DNA of 64,000 bases, taken from assembly GCF_009914755.1 (NCBI RefSeq), contig NC_060925.1. One strand, written 5' to 3'. This document shows positions 1-14,200 of the stretch, piece by piece (within the stretch, counting starts at the first letter, position 1; each line of letters begins with the position of its first letter). The notes beneath the pieces are model-generated. The model saw only the letters and a program-made list of their open reading frames with translations, did not search any database and was not told where the DNA came from. The DNA comes from the human T2T-CHM13v2.0 reference genome, Homo sapiens. Position numbers and translations under genes: made by a program.

Positions 1-850
1 AATCATCATCGAATGGAATCGAATAGAATTATGGAATGAAATCCAGTGTGATCATCATCGAATGGACCCGAATGGAATCATCATCCAACGGAAGCTAATG
101 GAATCAACATCGAATGAATCGAATGGAAACACCATCGAATTGAAACGAATGGAATTATCATGAAATTGAAATGGATGGACTCATCATCGAATGGATTCGA
201 ATGGAATCATCGAATAAAATTTATTGAAATCATCATCCAATGGAATCGAATGGTATCATTGAATGGAATCGAATGGAATCATCATCAGATGGAAATGAAT
301 GGAATCGTCATAGAATGGAATCGAATGGATTCATTGAATGGAATCAGATGGAATCATCGAATGGACTGGAATGGAATCATTGAATGGACTCGAAAGGGAT
401 CATGATTGAATGGAATTGAATGGAATCATCGAATGGTCTCGATTGGAATCATTATCAAATGGAATCGAATGGAATCACCAAATAGAATCGAATGGAACAA
501 TCATCGAATGGACTCAAATGGAATTATCCTCAAATGGAATCGAATGGAATTATCGAATGCAATCGAATGGAATTATCGAATGCAATCGAATAGAATCATC
601 GAAAGGACTCGAATGGAATCATCGAATGGAATGGAATGGAACAGTCAATGAACTCGAATGGAATCATCATTGAATGGAATCGAATGGAATCATCGAGTGG
701 AATCGAATGGAATTATGATCAAATGGAATCTAATGTAATCATCATCAAATGGAATCAAAAATAACCATCATCAATTGGTATTGAATGGAATTGTCATCAA
801 ATGGAATTCAAAGGAATCATCATCAAATGGAACCGAATGGAATCCTCATT

Positions 851-1318
851 GAATGGAAATGAAAGGGGTCATCATCTAATGGAATCGCATGGAATCATCA
901 TCAAATGGAATCGAATGGAATCATCATCAAATGGAATCTAATGGAATCATTGAACAGAATTGAATGGAATCGTCATCGAATGAATTGAATGCAATCATCG
1001 AATGGTCTCGAATGGAATCATCTTCTAATGGAAAGGAATGGAATCATCGCATAGAATCGAATGGAATTATCATCGAATGGAATCGAATGGTATCAACACC
1101 AAACGGAAAAAAACGGAATTATCGAATGGAATCGAAGAGAATCTTCGAACGGACCCGAATGGAATCATCTAATGGAATGGAATGGAATAATCCATGGACT
1201 CGAATGCAATCATCATCGAATGGAATGGAATGGAATCATCGAATGGACTCGAATGGAATAATCATTGAACGGAATCGAATGGAATCATCATCGGATGGAA
1301 ACGAATGGAATCATCATC
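851..1318 (+). repeat. 468-bp internal subrepeat A (present in every unit; coordinates for U1)
   Basis: Starts gaatggaaatgaaaggggtc. Diagnostic words: tgaatgc, ttctaatggaaagg, ggtatcaacacc, atcttcgaacgg, ggaaacgaat. Aligns without gaps to 1319-1786. Confidence 0.92.
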
Positions 1319-1786
1319 GAATGGAAATGAAAGGAGTCATCATCTAATGGAATTGCATGGAATCATCATAAAATGGAATCGAATGGAATCAACATCAAAT
1401 GGAATCAAATGGAATCATTGAACGGAATTGAATGGAATCGTCATCGAATGAATTGACTGCAATCATCGAATGGTCTCGAATGGAATCATCTTCAAATGGA
1501 ATGGAATGGAATCATCGCATAGAATCGAATGGAATTATCATCGAATGGAATCGAATGGAATCAACATCAAACGGAAAAAAACGGAATTATCGAATGGAAT
1601 CGAAGAGAATCATCGAATGGACCCGAATGGAATCATCTAATGGAATGGAATGGAATAATCCATGGACTCGAATGCAATCATCATCGAATGGAATCGAATG
1701 GAATCATCGAATGGACTCGAATGGAATAATCATTGAACGGAATCGAATGGAATCATCATCGGATGGAAATGAATGGAATCATCATC
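1319..1786 (+). repeat. 468-bp internal subrepeat B (coordinates for U1)
   Basis: Starts gaatggaaatgaaaggagtc. Diagnostic words: tgactgc, ttcaaatggaatgg, ggaatcaacatc, atcatcgaatggacc, ggaaatgaat. About 14-15 substitutions relative to A, counted by eye. Confidence 0.92.
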
Positions 1787-4700
1787 GAATGGAATCGAAT
1801 AGAATTATGGAATGAAATCCAGTGTGATCATCATCGAATGGACCCGAATGGAATCATCATCCAACGGAAGCTAATGGAATCAACATCGAATGAATCGAAT
1901 GGAAACACCATCGAATTGAAACGAATGGAATTATCATGAAATTGAAATGGATGGACTCATCATCGAATGGATTCGAATGGAATCATCGAATAAAATTGAT
2001 TGAAATCATCATCGAATGGAATCGAATGGTATCATTGAATGGAATCGAATGGAATCATCATCAGATGGAAATGAATGGAATCGTCATAGAATGGAATCGA
2101 ATGGATTCATTGAATGGAATCAGATGGAATCATCGAATGGACTGGAATGGAATCATTGAATGGACTCGAAAGGGATCATGATTGAATGGAATTGAATGGA
2201 ATCATCGAATGGTCTCGATTGGAATCATTATCAAAAGGAATCGAATGGAATCACCGAATAGAATCGAATGGAACAATCATCGAATGGACTCAAATGGAAT
2301 TATCCTCAAATGGAATCGAATGGAATTATCGAATGCAATCGAATGGAATTATAGAATGCAATCGAATAGAATCATCGAATGGACTCGAATGGAATCATCG
2401 AATGGAATGGAATGGAACAGTCAATGAACTCGAATGGAATCATCATTGAATGGAATCGAATGGAATCATCGAGTGGAATCGAATGGAATTATGATCAAAT
2501 GGAATCGAATGTAATCATCATCAAATGGAATCAAAAATAACCATCATCAATTGGTATTGAATGGAATTGTCATCAAATGGAATTCAAAGGAATCATCATC
2601 AAATGGAACCGAATGGAATCCTCATTGAATGGAAATGAAAGGGGTCATCATCTAATGGAATCGCATGGAATCATCATCAAATGGAATCGAATGGAATCAT
2701 CATCAAATGGAATCTAATGGAATCATTGAACAGAATTGAATGGAATCGTCATCGAATGAATTGAATGCAATCATCGAATGGTCTCGAATGGAATCATCTT
2801 CTAATGGAAAGGAATGGAATCATCGCATAGAATCGAATGGAATTATCATCGAATGGAATCGAATGGTATCAACACCAAACGGAAAAAAACGGAATTATCG
2901 AATGGAATCGAAGAGAATCTTCGAACGGACCCGAATGGAATCATCTAATGGAATGGAATGGAATAATCCATGGACTCGAATGCAATCATCATCGAATGGA
3001 ATGGAATGGAATCATCGAATGGACTCGAATGGAATAATCATCGAACGGAATCGAATGGAATCATCATCGGATGGAAACGAATGGAATCATCATCGAATGG
3101 AAATGAAAGGAGTCATCATCTAATGGAATTGCATGGAATCATCATAAAATGGAATCGAATGGAATCAACATCAAATGGAATCAAATGGAAAAATTGAACA
3201 GAATTGAATGGAATCGTCATCGAATGAATTGACTGCAATCATCGAATGGTCTCGAATGGAATCATCTTCAAATGGAATGGAATGGAATCATCGCATAGAA
3301 TCGAATGGAATTATCATCGAATGGAATCGAATGGAATCAACATCAAACGGAAAAAAACAGAATTATCGTATGGAATCGAAGAGAATCATCGAATGGACCC
3401 GAATGGAATCATCTAATGGAATGGAATGGAATAATCCATGGACTCGAATGCAATCTTCATCGAATGGAATCGAATGGAATCATCGAATGGACTCGAATGG
3501 AATAATCATTGAACGGAATCGAATGGAATCATCATCGGATGGAAATGAATGGAATCATCATCGAATGGAATCGAATAGAATTATGGAATGAAATCCAGTG
3601 TGATCATCATCGAATGGACCCGAATGGAATCATGATCCAACGGAAGCTAATGGAATCAACATCGAATGAATCGAATGGAAACACCATCGAATTGAAACGA
3701 ATGGAATTATCATGAAATTGAAATGGATGGACTCATCATCGAATGGATTCGAATGGAATCATCGAATAAAATTGATTGAAATCATCATCGAATGAAATCG
3801 AATGGTATCATTGAATGGAATCGAATGGAATCATCATCAGATGGAAATGAATGGAATCGTCATAGAATGGAATCGAATGGATTCATTGAATGGAATCAGA
3901 TGGAATCATCGAATGGACTGGAATGGAATCATTGAATGGACTCGAAAGGGATCATTATTGAATGGAATTGAATGGAATCATCGAATGGTCTCGATTGGAA
4001 TCATTATCAAATGGAATCGAATGGAATCACCGAATAGAATCGAATGGAACAATCATCGAATGGACTCAAATGGAATTATCCTCAAATGGAATCGAATGGA
4101 ATTATCGAATGCAATCGAATGGAATTATCGAATGCAATCGAATAGAATCATCGAATGGACTCGAATGGAATCATCGAATGGAATGGAATGGAACAGTCAA
4201 TGAACTCGAATGGAATCATCATTGAATGGAATCGAATGGAATCATCGAGTGGAATCGAATGGAATTATGATCAAATGGAATCGAATGTATTCATCATCAA
4301 ATGGAATCAAAAATAACCATCATCAATTGGTATTGAATGGAATTGTCATCAAATGGAATTCAAAGGAATCATCATCAAATGGAACCGAATGGAATCCTCA
4401 TTGAATGGAAATGAAAGGGGTCATCATCTAATGGAATCGCATGGAATCATCATCAAATGGAATCGAATGGAATCATCATCAAATGGAATCTAATGGAATC
4501 ATTGAACAGAATTGAATGGAATCGTCATCGAATGAATTGAATGCAATCATCGAATGGTCTCGAATGGAATCATCTTCTAATGGAAAGGAATGGAATCATC
4601 GCATAGAATCGAATGGAATTATCATCGAATGGAATCGAATGGTATCAACACCAAACGGAAAAAAACGGAATTATCGAATGGAATCGAAGAGAATCTTCGA

Positions 4701-7700
4701 ACGGACCCGAATGGAATCATCTAATGGAATGGAATGGAATAATCCATGGACTCGAATGCAATCATCATCGAATGGAATGGAATGGAGTCATCGAATAGAC
4801 TCGAATGGAATAATCATTGAACGGAATCGAATGGAATCATCATCGGATGGAAACGAATGGAATCATCATCGAATGGAAATGAAAGGAGTCATCATCTAAT
4901 GGAATTGCATGGAATCATCATAAAATGGAATCGAATGGAATCAACATCAAATGGAATCAAATGGAATCATTGAACGGAATTGAATGGAATCGTCATCGAA
5001 TGAATTGACTGCAATCATCGAATGGTCTCGAATGGAATCATCTTCAAATGGAATGGAATGGAATCATCGCATAGAATCGAATGGAATTATCATCGAATGG
5101 AATCGAATGGAATCAACATCAAACGGAAAAAAACAGAATTATCGTATGGAATCGAAGAGAATCATCGAATGGACCCGAATGGAATCATCTAATGGAATGG
5201 AATGCAATAATCCATGGACTCGAATGCAATCATCATCGAATGGAATCGAATGGAATCATCGAATGGACTCGAATGGAATAATCATTGAACGGAATCGAAT
5301 GGAATCATCATCGGATGGAAATGAATGGAATCATTATCGAATGGAATCGAATAGAATTATGGAATGAAATCCAGTGTGATCATCATCGAATGGACCCGAA
5401 TGGAATCATCATCCAACGGAAGCTAATGGAATCAACATCGAATGAATCGAATGGAAACACCATCGAATTGAAACGAATGGAAATATCATGAAATTGAAAT
5501 GGATGGACACATCATCGAATGGATTCGAATGGAATCATCGAATAAAATTGATTGAAATCATCATCAAATGGAATCGAATGGTATCATTGAATGGAATCGA
5601 ATGGAATCATCATCAGATGGAAATGAATGGAATCGTCATAGAATGGAATCGAATGGATTCATTGAATGGAATCAGATGGAATCATCGAATGGACTGGAAT
5701 GAAATCATTGAATGGACTCGAAAGGGATCATTATTGAATGGAATTGAATGGAATCATCGAATGGTCTCGATTGGAATCATTATCAAATGGAATCGAATGG
5801 AATCACCGAATAGAATCGAATGGAACAATCATTGAATGGACTCAAATGGAATTATCCTCAAATGGAATCGAATGGAATTATCGAATGCAATCGAATGGAA
5901 TTATCGAATGCAATCGAATAGAATCATCGAAAGGACTCGAATGGAATCATCGAATGGAATGGAATGGAACAGTCAATGAACTCGAATGGAATCATCATTG
6001 AATGGAATCGAATGGAATCATCGAGTGGAATCGAATGGAATTATGATCAAATGGAATCGAATGTAATCATCATCAAATGGAATCAAAAATAACCATCATC
6101 AATTGGTATTGAATGGAATTGTCATCAAATGGAATTCAAAGGAATCATCATCAAATGGAACCGAATGGAATCCTCATTGAATGGAAATGAAAGGGGTCAT
6201 CATCTAATGGAATCGCATGGAATCATCATCAAATGGAATCGAATGGAATCATCATCAAATGGAATCTAATGGAATCATTGAACAGAATTGAATGGAATGG
6301 TCATCGAATGAATTGAATGCAATCATCGAATGGTCTCGAATGGAATCATCTTCTAATGGAAAGGAATGGAATCATCGCATAGAATCGAATGGAATTATCA
6401 TCGAATGGAATCGAATGGTATCAACACCAAACGGAAAAAAACGGAATTATCGAATGGAATCGAAGAGAATCTTCGAACGGACCCGAATGGAATCATCTAA
6501 TGGAATGGAATGGAATAATCCATGGACTCGAATGCAATCATCATCGAATGGAATGGAATGGAATCATCGAATGGACTCGAATGGAATAATCATCGAACGG
6601 AATCGAATGGAATCATCATCGAATGGAAACGAATGGAATCATCATCGAATGGAAATGAAAGGAGTCATCATCTAATGGAATTGCATGGAATCATCATAAA
6701 ATGGAATCGAATGGAATCAACATCAAATGGAATCAAATGGAATCATTGAACGGAATTGAATGGAATCGTCATCGAATGAATTGACTGCAATCATCGAATG
6801 GTCTCGAATGGAATCATCTTCAAATGGAATGGAATGGAATCATCGCATAGAATCGAATGGAATTATCATCGAATGGAATCGAATGGAATCAACATCAAAC
6901 GGAAAAAAACGGAATTATCGAATGGAATCGAAGAGAATCATCGAATGGACCCGAATGGAATCATCTAATGGAATGGAATGGAATAATCCATGGACTCGAA
7001 TGCAATCATCATCGAATGGAATCGAATGGAATCATCGAATGGACTCGAATGGAATAATCATTGAACGGAATCGAATGGAATCATCATCGGATGGAAATGA
7101 ATGGAATCATCATCGAATGGAATCGAATAGAATTATGGAATGAAATCCAGTGTGATCATCATCGAATGGACCCGAATGGAATCATCATCCAACGGAAGCT
7201 AATGGAATCAACATCGAATGAATCGAATGGAAACACCATCGAATTGAAACGAATGGAATTATTATGAAATTGAAATGGATGGACTCATCATCGAATGGAT
7301 TCGAATGGAAACATCGAATAAAATTGATTGAAATCATCATCCAATGGAATCGAATGGTATCATTGAATGGAATCGAATGGAATCATCATCAGATGGAAAT
7401 GAATGGAATCGTCATAGAATGGAATCGAATGGATTCATTGAATGGAATCAGATGGAATCATCGAATGGACTGGAATGGAATCATTGAATGGACTCGAAAG
7501 GGATCATGATTGAATGGAATTGAATGGAATCATCGAATGGTCTCGATTGGAATCATTATCAAATGGAATCGAATGGAATCACCGAATAGAATCGAATGGA
7601 ACAATCATCGAATGGACTCAAATGGAATTATCCTCAAATGGAATCGAATGGAATTATCGAATGCAATCGAATGGAATTATCGAATGCAATCGAATAGAAT

Positions 7701-8279
7701 CATCGAAAGGACTCGAATGGAATCATCGAATGGAATGGAATGGAACAGTCAATGAACTCGAATGGAATCATCATTGAATGGAATCGAATGGAATCATCGA
7801 GTGGAATCGAATGGAATTATGATCAAATGGAATCGAATGTAATCATCATCAAATGGAATCAAAAATAACCATCATCAATTGGTATTGAATGGAATTGTCA
7901 TCAAATGGAATTCAAAGGAATCATCATCAAATGGAACCGAATGGAATCCTCATTGAATGGAAATGAAAGGGGTCATCATCTAATGGAATCGCATGGAATC
8001 ATCATCAAATGGAATAGAATGGAATCATCATCAAATGGAATCTAATGGAATCATTGAACAGAATTGAATGGAATCGTCATCGAATGAATTGAATGCAATC
8101 ATCGAATGGTCTCGAATGGAATCTTCTTCTAATGGAAAGGAATGGAATCATCGCATAGAATCGAATGGAATTATCATCGAATGGAATCGAATGGTATCAA
8201 CACCAAACGGAAAAAAACGGAATTATCGAATGGAATCGAAGAGAATCTTCGAACGGACCCGAATGGAATCATCTAATGG

Positions 8280-11200
8280 AATGGAATGGAATAATCCATG
8301 GACTCGAATGCAATCATCATCGAATGGAATGGAATGGAATCATCGAATGGACTCGAATGGAATAATCATTGAACGGAATCGAATGGAATCATCATCGGAT
8401 GGAAACGAATGGAATCATCATCGAATGGAAATGAAAGGAGTCATCATCTAATGGAATTGCATGGAATCATCATAAAATGGAATCGAATGGAATCAACATC
8501 AAATGGAATCAAATGGAATCATTGAACGGAATTGAATGGAATCGTCATCGAATGAATTGACTGCAATCATCGAATGGTCTCGAATGGAATCATCTTCAAA
8601 TGGAATGGAATGGAATCATCGCATAGAATCGAATGGAATTATCATCGAATGGAATCGAATGGAATCAACATCAAACGGAAAAAAACGGAATTATCGAATG
8701 GAATCGAAGAGAATCATCGAATGGACCCGAATGGAATCATCTAATGGAATGGAATGGAATAATCCATGGACTCGAATGCAATCATCATCGAATGGAATCG
8801 AATGGAATCATCGAATGGACTCGAATGGAATAATCATTGAACGGAATCGAATGGAATCATCATCGGATGGAAATGAATGGAATCATCATCGAATGGAATC
8901 GAATAGAATTATGGAATGAAATCCAGTGTGATCATCATCGAATGGACCCGAATGGAATCATCATCCAACGGAAGCTAATGGAATCAACATCGAATGAATC
9001 GAATGGAAACACCATCGAATTGAAACGAATGGAATTATTATGAAATTGAAATGGATGGACTCATCATCGAATGGATTCGAATGGAAACATCGAATAAAAT
9101 TGATTGAAATCATCATCCAATGGAATCGAATGGTATCATTGAATGGAATCGAATGGAATCATCATCAGATGGAAATGAATGGAATCGTCATAGAATGGAA
9201 TCGAATGGATTCATTGAATGGAATCAGATGGAATCATCGAATGGACTGGAATGGAATCATTGAATGGACTCGAAAGGGATCATGATTGAATGGAATTGAA
9301 TGGAATCATCGAATGGTCTCGATTGGAATCATTATCAAATGGAATCGAATGGAATCACCGAATAGAATCGAATGGAACAATCATCGAATGGACTCAAATG
9401 GAATTATCCTCAAATGGAATCGAATGGAATTATCGAATGCAATCGAATGGAATTATCGAATGCAATCGAATAGAATCATCGAAAGGACTCGAATGGAATC
9501 ATCGAATGGAATGGAATGGAACAGTCAATGAACTCGAATGGAATCATCATTGAATGGAATCGAATGGAATCATCGAGTGGAATCGAATGGAATTATGATC
9601 AAATGGAATCGAATGTAATCATCATCAAATGGAATCAAAAATAACCATCATCAATTGGTATTGAATGGAATTGTCATCAAATGGAATTCAAAGGAATCAT
9701 CATCAAATGGAACCGAATGGAATCCTCATTGAATGGAAATGAAAGGGGTCATCATCTAATGGAATCGCATGGAATCATCATCAAATGGAATAGAATGGAA
9801 TCATCATCAAATGGAATCTAATGGAATCATTGAACAGAATTGAATGGAATCGTCATCGAATGAATTGAATGCAATCATCGAATGGTCTCGAATGGAATCA
9901 TCTTCTAATGGAAAGGAATGGAATCATCGCATAGAATCGAATGGAATTATCATCGAATGGAATCGAATGGTATCAACACCAAACGGAAAAAAACGGAATT
10001 ATCGAATGGAATCGAAGAGAATCTTCGAACGGACCCGAATGGAATCATCTAATGGAATGGAATGGAATAATCCATGGACTCGAATGCAATCATCATCGAA
10101 TGGAATCGAATGGAATCATCGAATGGACTCGAATGGAATAATCATTGAACGGAATCGAATGGAATCATCATCGGATGGAAACGAATGGAATCATCATCGA
10201 ATGGAAATGAAAGGAGTCATCATCTAATGGAATTGCATGGAATCATCATAAAATGGAATCGAATGGAATCAACATCAAATGGAATCAAATGGAATCATTG
10301 AACGGAATTGAATGGAATCGTCATCGAATGAATTGACTGCAATCATCGAATGGTCTCGAATGGAATCATCTTCAAATGGAATGGAATGGAATCATCGCAT
10401 AGAATCGAATGGAATTATCATCGAATGGAATCAAATGGAATCAACATCAAACGGAAAAAAACAGAATTATCATATGGAATCGAAGAGAATCATCGAAGGG
10501 ACCCGAATGGAATCATCTAATGGAATGGAATGGAATAATCCATGGACTCGAATGCAATCATCATCGAATGGAATCGAATGGAATCATCGAATGGACTCGA
10601 ATGGAATAATCATTGAACGGAATCGAATGGAATCATCATCGGATGGAAATGAATGGAATCATCATCGAATGGAATCGAATAGAATTATGGAATGAAATCC
10701 AGTGTGATCATCATCGAATGGACCCGAATGGAATCATCATCCAACGGAAGCTAATGGAATCAACATCGAATGAATCGAATGGAAACACCATCGAATTGAA
10801 ACGAATGGAATTATCATGAAATTGAAATGGATGGACTCATCATCGAATGGATTCGAATGGAATCATCGAATAAAATTGATTGAAATCATCATCCAATGGA
10901 ATCGAATGGTATCATTGAATGGAATCGAATGGAATCATCATCAGATGGAAATGAATGGAATCGTCATAGAATGGAATCGAATGGATTCATTGAATGGAAT
11001 CAGATGGAATCATCGAATGGACTGGAATGGAATCATTGAATGGACTCGAAAGGGATCATTATTGAATGGAATTGAATGGAATCATCGAATGGTCTCGATT
11101 GGAATCATTATCAAATGGAATCGAATGGAATCACCGAACAGAATCGAATGGAACAATCATCGAATGGACTCAAATGGAATTATCCTCCAATGGAATCGAA

Positions 11201-14200
11201 TGGAATTATCGAATGCAATCGAATGGAATTATCGAATGCAATCGAATAGAATCATCGAATGGACTCGAATGGAATCATCGAATGGAATGGAATGGAACAG
11301 TCAATGAACTCGAATGGAATCATCATTGAATGGAATCGAATGTAATCATCGAGTGGAATCGAATGGAATTATGATCAAATGGAATCGAATGTAATCATCA
11401 TCAAATGGAATCAAAAATAACCATCATCAATTGGTATTGAATGGAATTGTCATCAAATGGAATTCAAAGGAATCATCATCAAATGGAACCGAATGGAATC
11501 CTCATTGAATGGAAATGAAAGGGGTCATCATCTAATGGAATCGCATGGAATCATCATCAAATGGAATCGAATGGAATCATCATCAAATGGAATCTAATGG
11601 AATCATTGAACAGAATTGAATGGAATCGTCATCGAATGAATTGAATGCAATCATCGAATGGTCTCGAATGGAATCATCTTCTAATGGAAAGGAATGGAAT
11701 CATCGCATAGAATCGAATGGAATTATCATCAAATGGAATCGAATGGTATCAACACCAAACGGAAAAAAACGGAATTATCGAATGGAATCGAACAGAATCT
11801 TCGAACGGACCCGAATGGAATCATCTAATGGAATGGAATGGAATAATCCATGGACTCGAATGCAATCATCATCGAATGGAATGGAATGGAATCATCGAAT
11901 GGACTCGAATGGAATAATCATTGAACGGAATCGAATGGAATCATCATCGGATGGAAACGAATGGAATCATCATCGAATGGAAATGAAAGGAGTCATCATC
12001 TAATGGAATTGCATGGAATCATCATAAAATGGAATCGAATGGAATCAACATCAAATGGAATCAAATGGAATCATTGAACGGAATTGAATGGAATCGTCAT
12101 CGAATGAATTGACTGCAATCATCCAATGGTCTCGAATGGAATCATCTTCAAATGGAATGGAATGGAATCATCGCATAGAATCGAATGGAATTATCATCGA
12201 ATGGAATCGAATGGAATCAACATCCAACGGAAAAAAACGGAATTATCGAATGGAATCGAAGAGAATCATCGAATGGACCCGAATGGAATCATCTAATGGA
12301 ATGGAATGGAATAATCCATGGACTCGAATGCAATCATCATCGAATGGAATCGAATGGAATCATCGAATGGACTCGAATGGAATAATCATTGAACGGAATC
12401 GAATGGAATCATCATCGGATGGAAATGAATGGAATCATCATCGAATGGAATCGAATAGAATTATGGAATGAAATCCAGTGTGATCATCATCGAATGGACC
12501 CGAATGGAATCATCATCCAACGGAAGCTAATGGAATCAACATCGAATGAATCGAATGGAAACACCATCGAATTGAAACGAATGGAATTATCATGAAATTG
12601 AAATGGATGGACTCATCATCGAATGGATTCGAATGGAATCATCGAATAAAATTGATTGAAATCATCATCCAATGGAATCGAATGGTATCATTGAATGGAA
12701 TCGAATGGAATCATCATCAGATGGAAATGAATGGAATCGTCATAGAATGGAATCGAATGGATTCATTGAATGGAATCAGATGGAATCATCGAATGGACTG
12801 GAATGGAATCATTGAATGGACTCGAAAGGGATCATGATTGAATGGAATTGAATGGAATCATCGAATGGTCTCGATTGGAATCATTATCAAATGGAATCGA
12901 ATGGAATCACCGAATAGAATCGAATGGAACAATCATCGAATGGACTCAAATGGAATTATCCTCAAATGGAATCGAATGGAATTATCGAATGCAATCGAAT
13001 GGAATTATCGAATGCAATCGAATAGAATCATCGAATGGACTCGAATGGAATCATCGAATGGAATCGAATGGAATGGAACAGTCAATGAACTCGAATGGAA
13101 TCATCATTGAATGGAATCGAATGGAATCATCGAGTAGAATCGAATGGAATTATGATCAAATGGAATCGAATGTAATCATCATCAAATGGAATCAAAAATA
13201 ACCATCATCAATTGGTATTGAATGGAATTGTCATCAAATGGAATTCAAAGGAATCATCATCAAATGGAACCGAATGGAATCCTCATTGAATGGAAATGAA
13301 AGGGGTCATCATCTAATGGAATCGCATGGAATCATCATCAAATGGAATCGAATGGAATCATCATCAAATGGAATCTAATGGAATCATTGAACAGAATTGA
13401 ATGGAATCGTCATCGAATGAATTGAATGCAATCATCGAATGGTCTCGAATGGAATCATCTTCTAATGGAAAGGAATGGAATCATCGCATAGAATCGAATG
13501 GAATTATCATCGAATGGAATCGAATGGTATCAACACCAAACGGAAAAAAACGGAATTATCGAATGGAATCGAAGAGAATCTTCGAACGGACCCGAATGGA
13601 ATCATCTAATGGAATGGAATGGAATAATCCATGGACTCGAATGCAATCATCATCGAATGGAATCGAATGGAATCATCGAATGGACTCGAATGGAATAATC
13701 ATTGAACGGAATCGAATGGAATCATCATCGGATGGAAACGAATGGAATCATCATCGAATGGAAATGAAAGGAGTCATCATCTAATGGAATTGCATGGAAT
13801 CATCATAAAATGGAATCGAATGGAATCAACATCAAATGGAATCAAATGGAATCATTGAACGGAATTGAATGGAATCGTCATCGAATGAATTGACTGCAAT
13901 CATCCAATTGTCTCGAATGGAATCATCTTCAAATGGAATGGAATGGAATCATCGCATAGAATCGAATGGAATTATCATCGAATGGAATCGAATGGAATCA
14001 ACATCAAACGGAAAAAAACGGAATTATCGAATGGAATCGAAGAGAATCATCGAATGGACCCGAATGGAATCATCTAATGGAATGGAATTTAATAATCCAT
14101 GGACTCGAATGCAATCATCATCGAATGGAATCGAATGGAATCATCGAATGTACTCGAATGGAATAATCATTGAACGGAATCGAATGGAATCATCATCGGA

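Larger units (their letters stand above)
160..1935 (+). repeat. Representative 1,776-bp HSat2 unit (U1, arbitrary phase)
   Basis: atgaaattgaaatggatggac at 160 and again at 1936. The ORF pattern in the track repeats with the same period. Confidence 0.95.

Noticed and set aside
213-218. AATAAA once per unit as a polyadenylation signal
   Set aside because: It is expected by chance in an A-rich satellite, has no GU-rich downstream element, and has no transcript support in the sequence.
1101-1120. acggaaaaaaacgg A-tract as a retro-insertion scar or terminator
   Set aside because: It is only 7 A's and aligns without gaps to the GGAATC-type repeat (compare aatggaatcaagcgg at ~46972-46986), so it arose by substitution.
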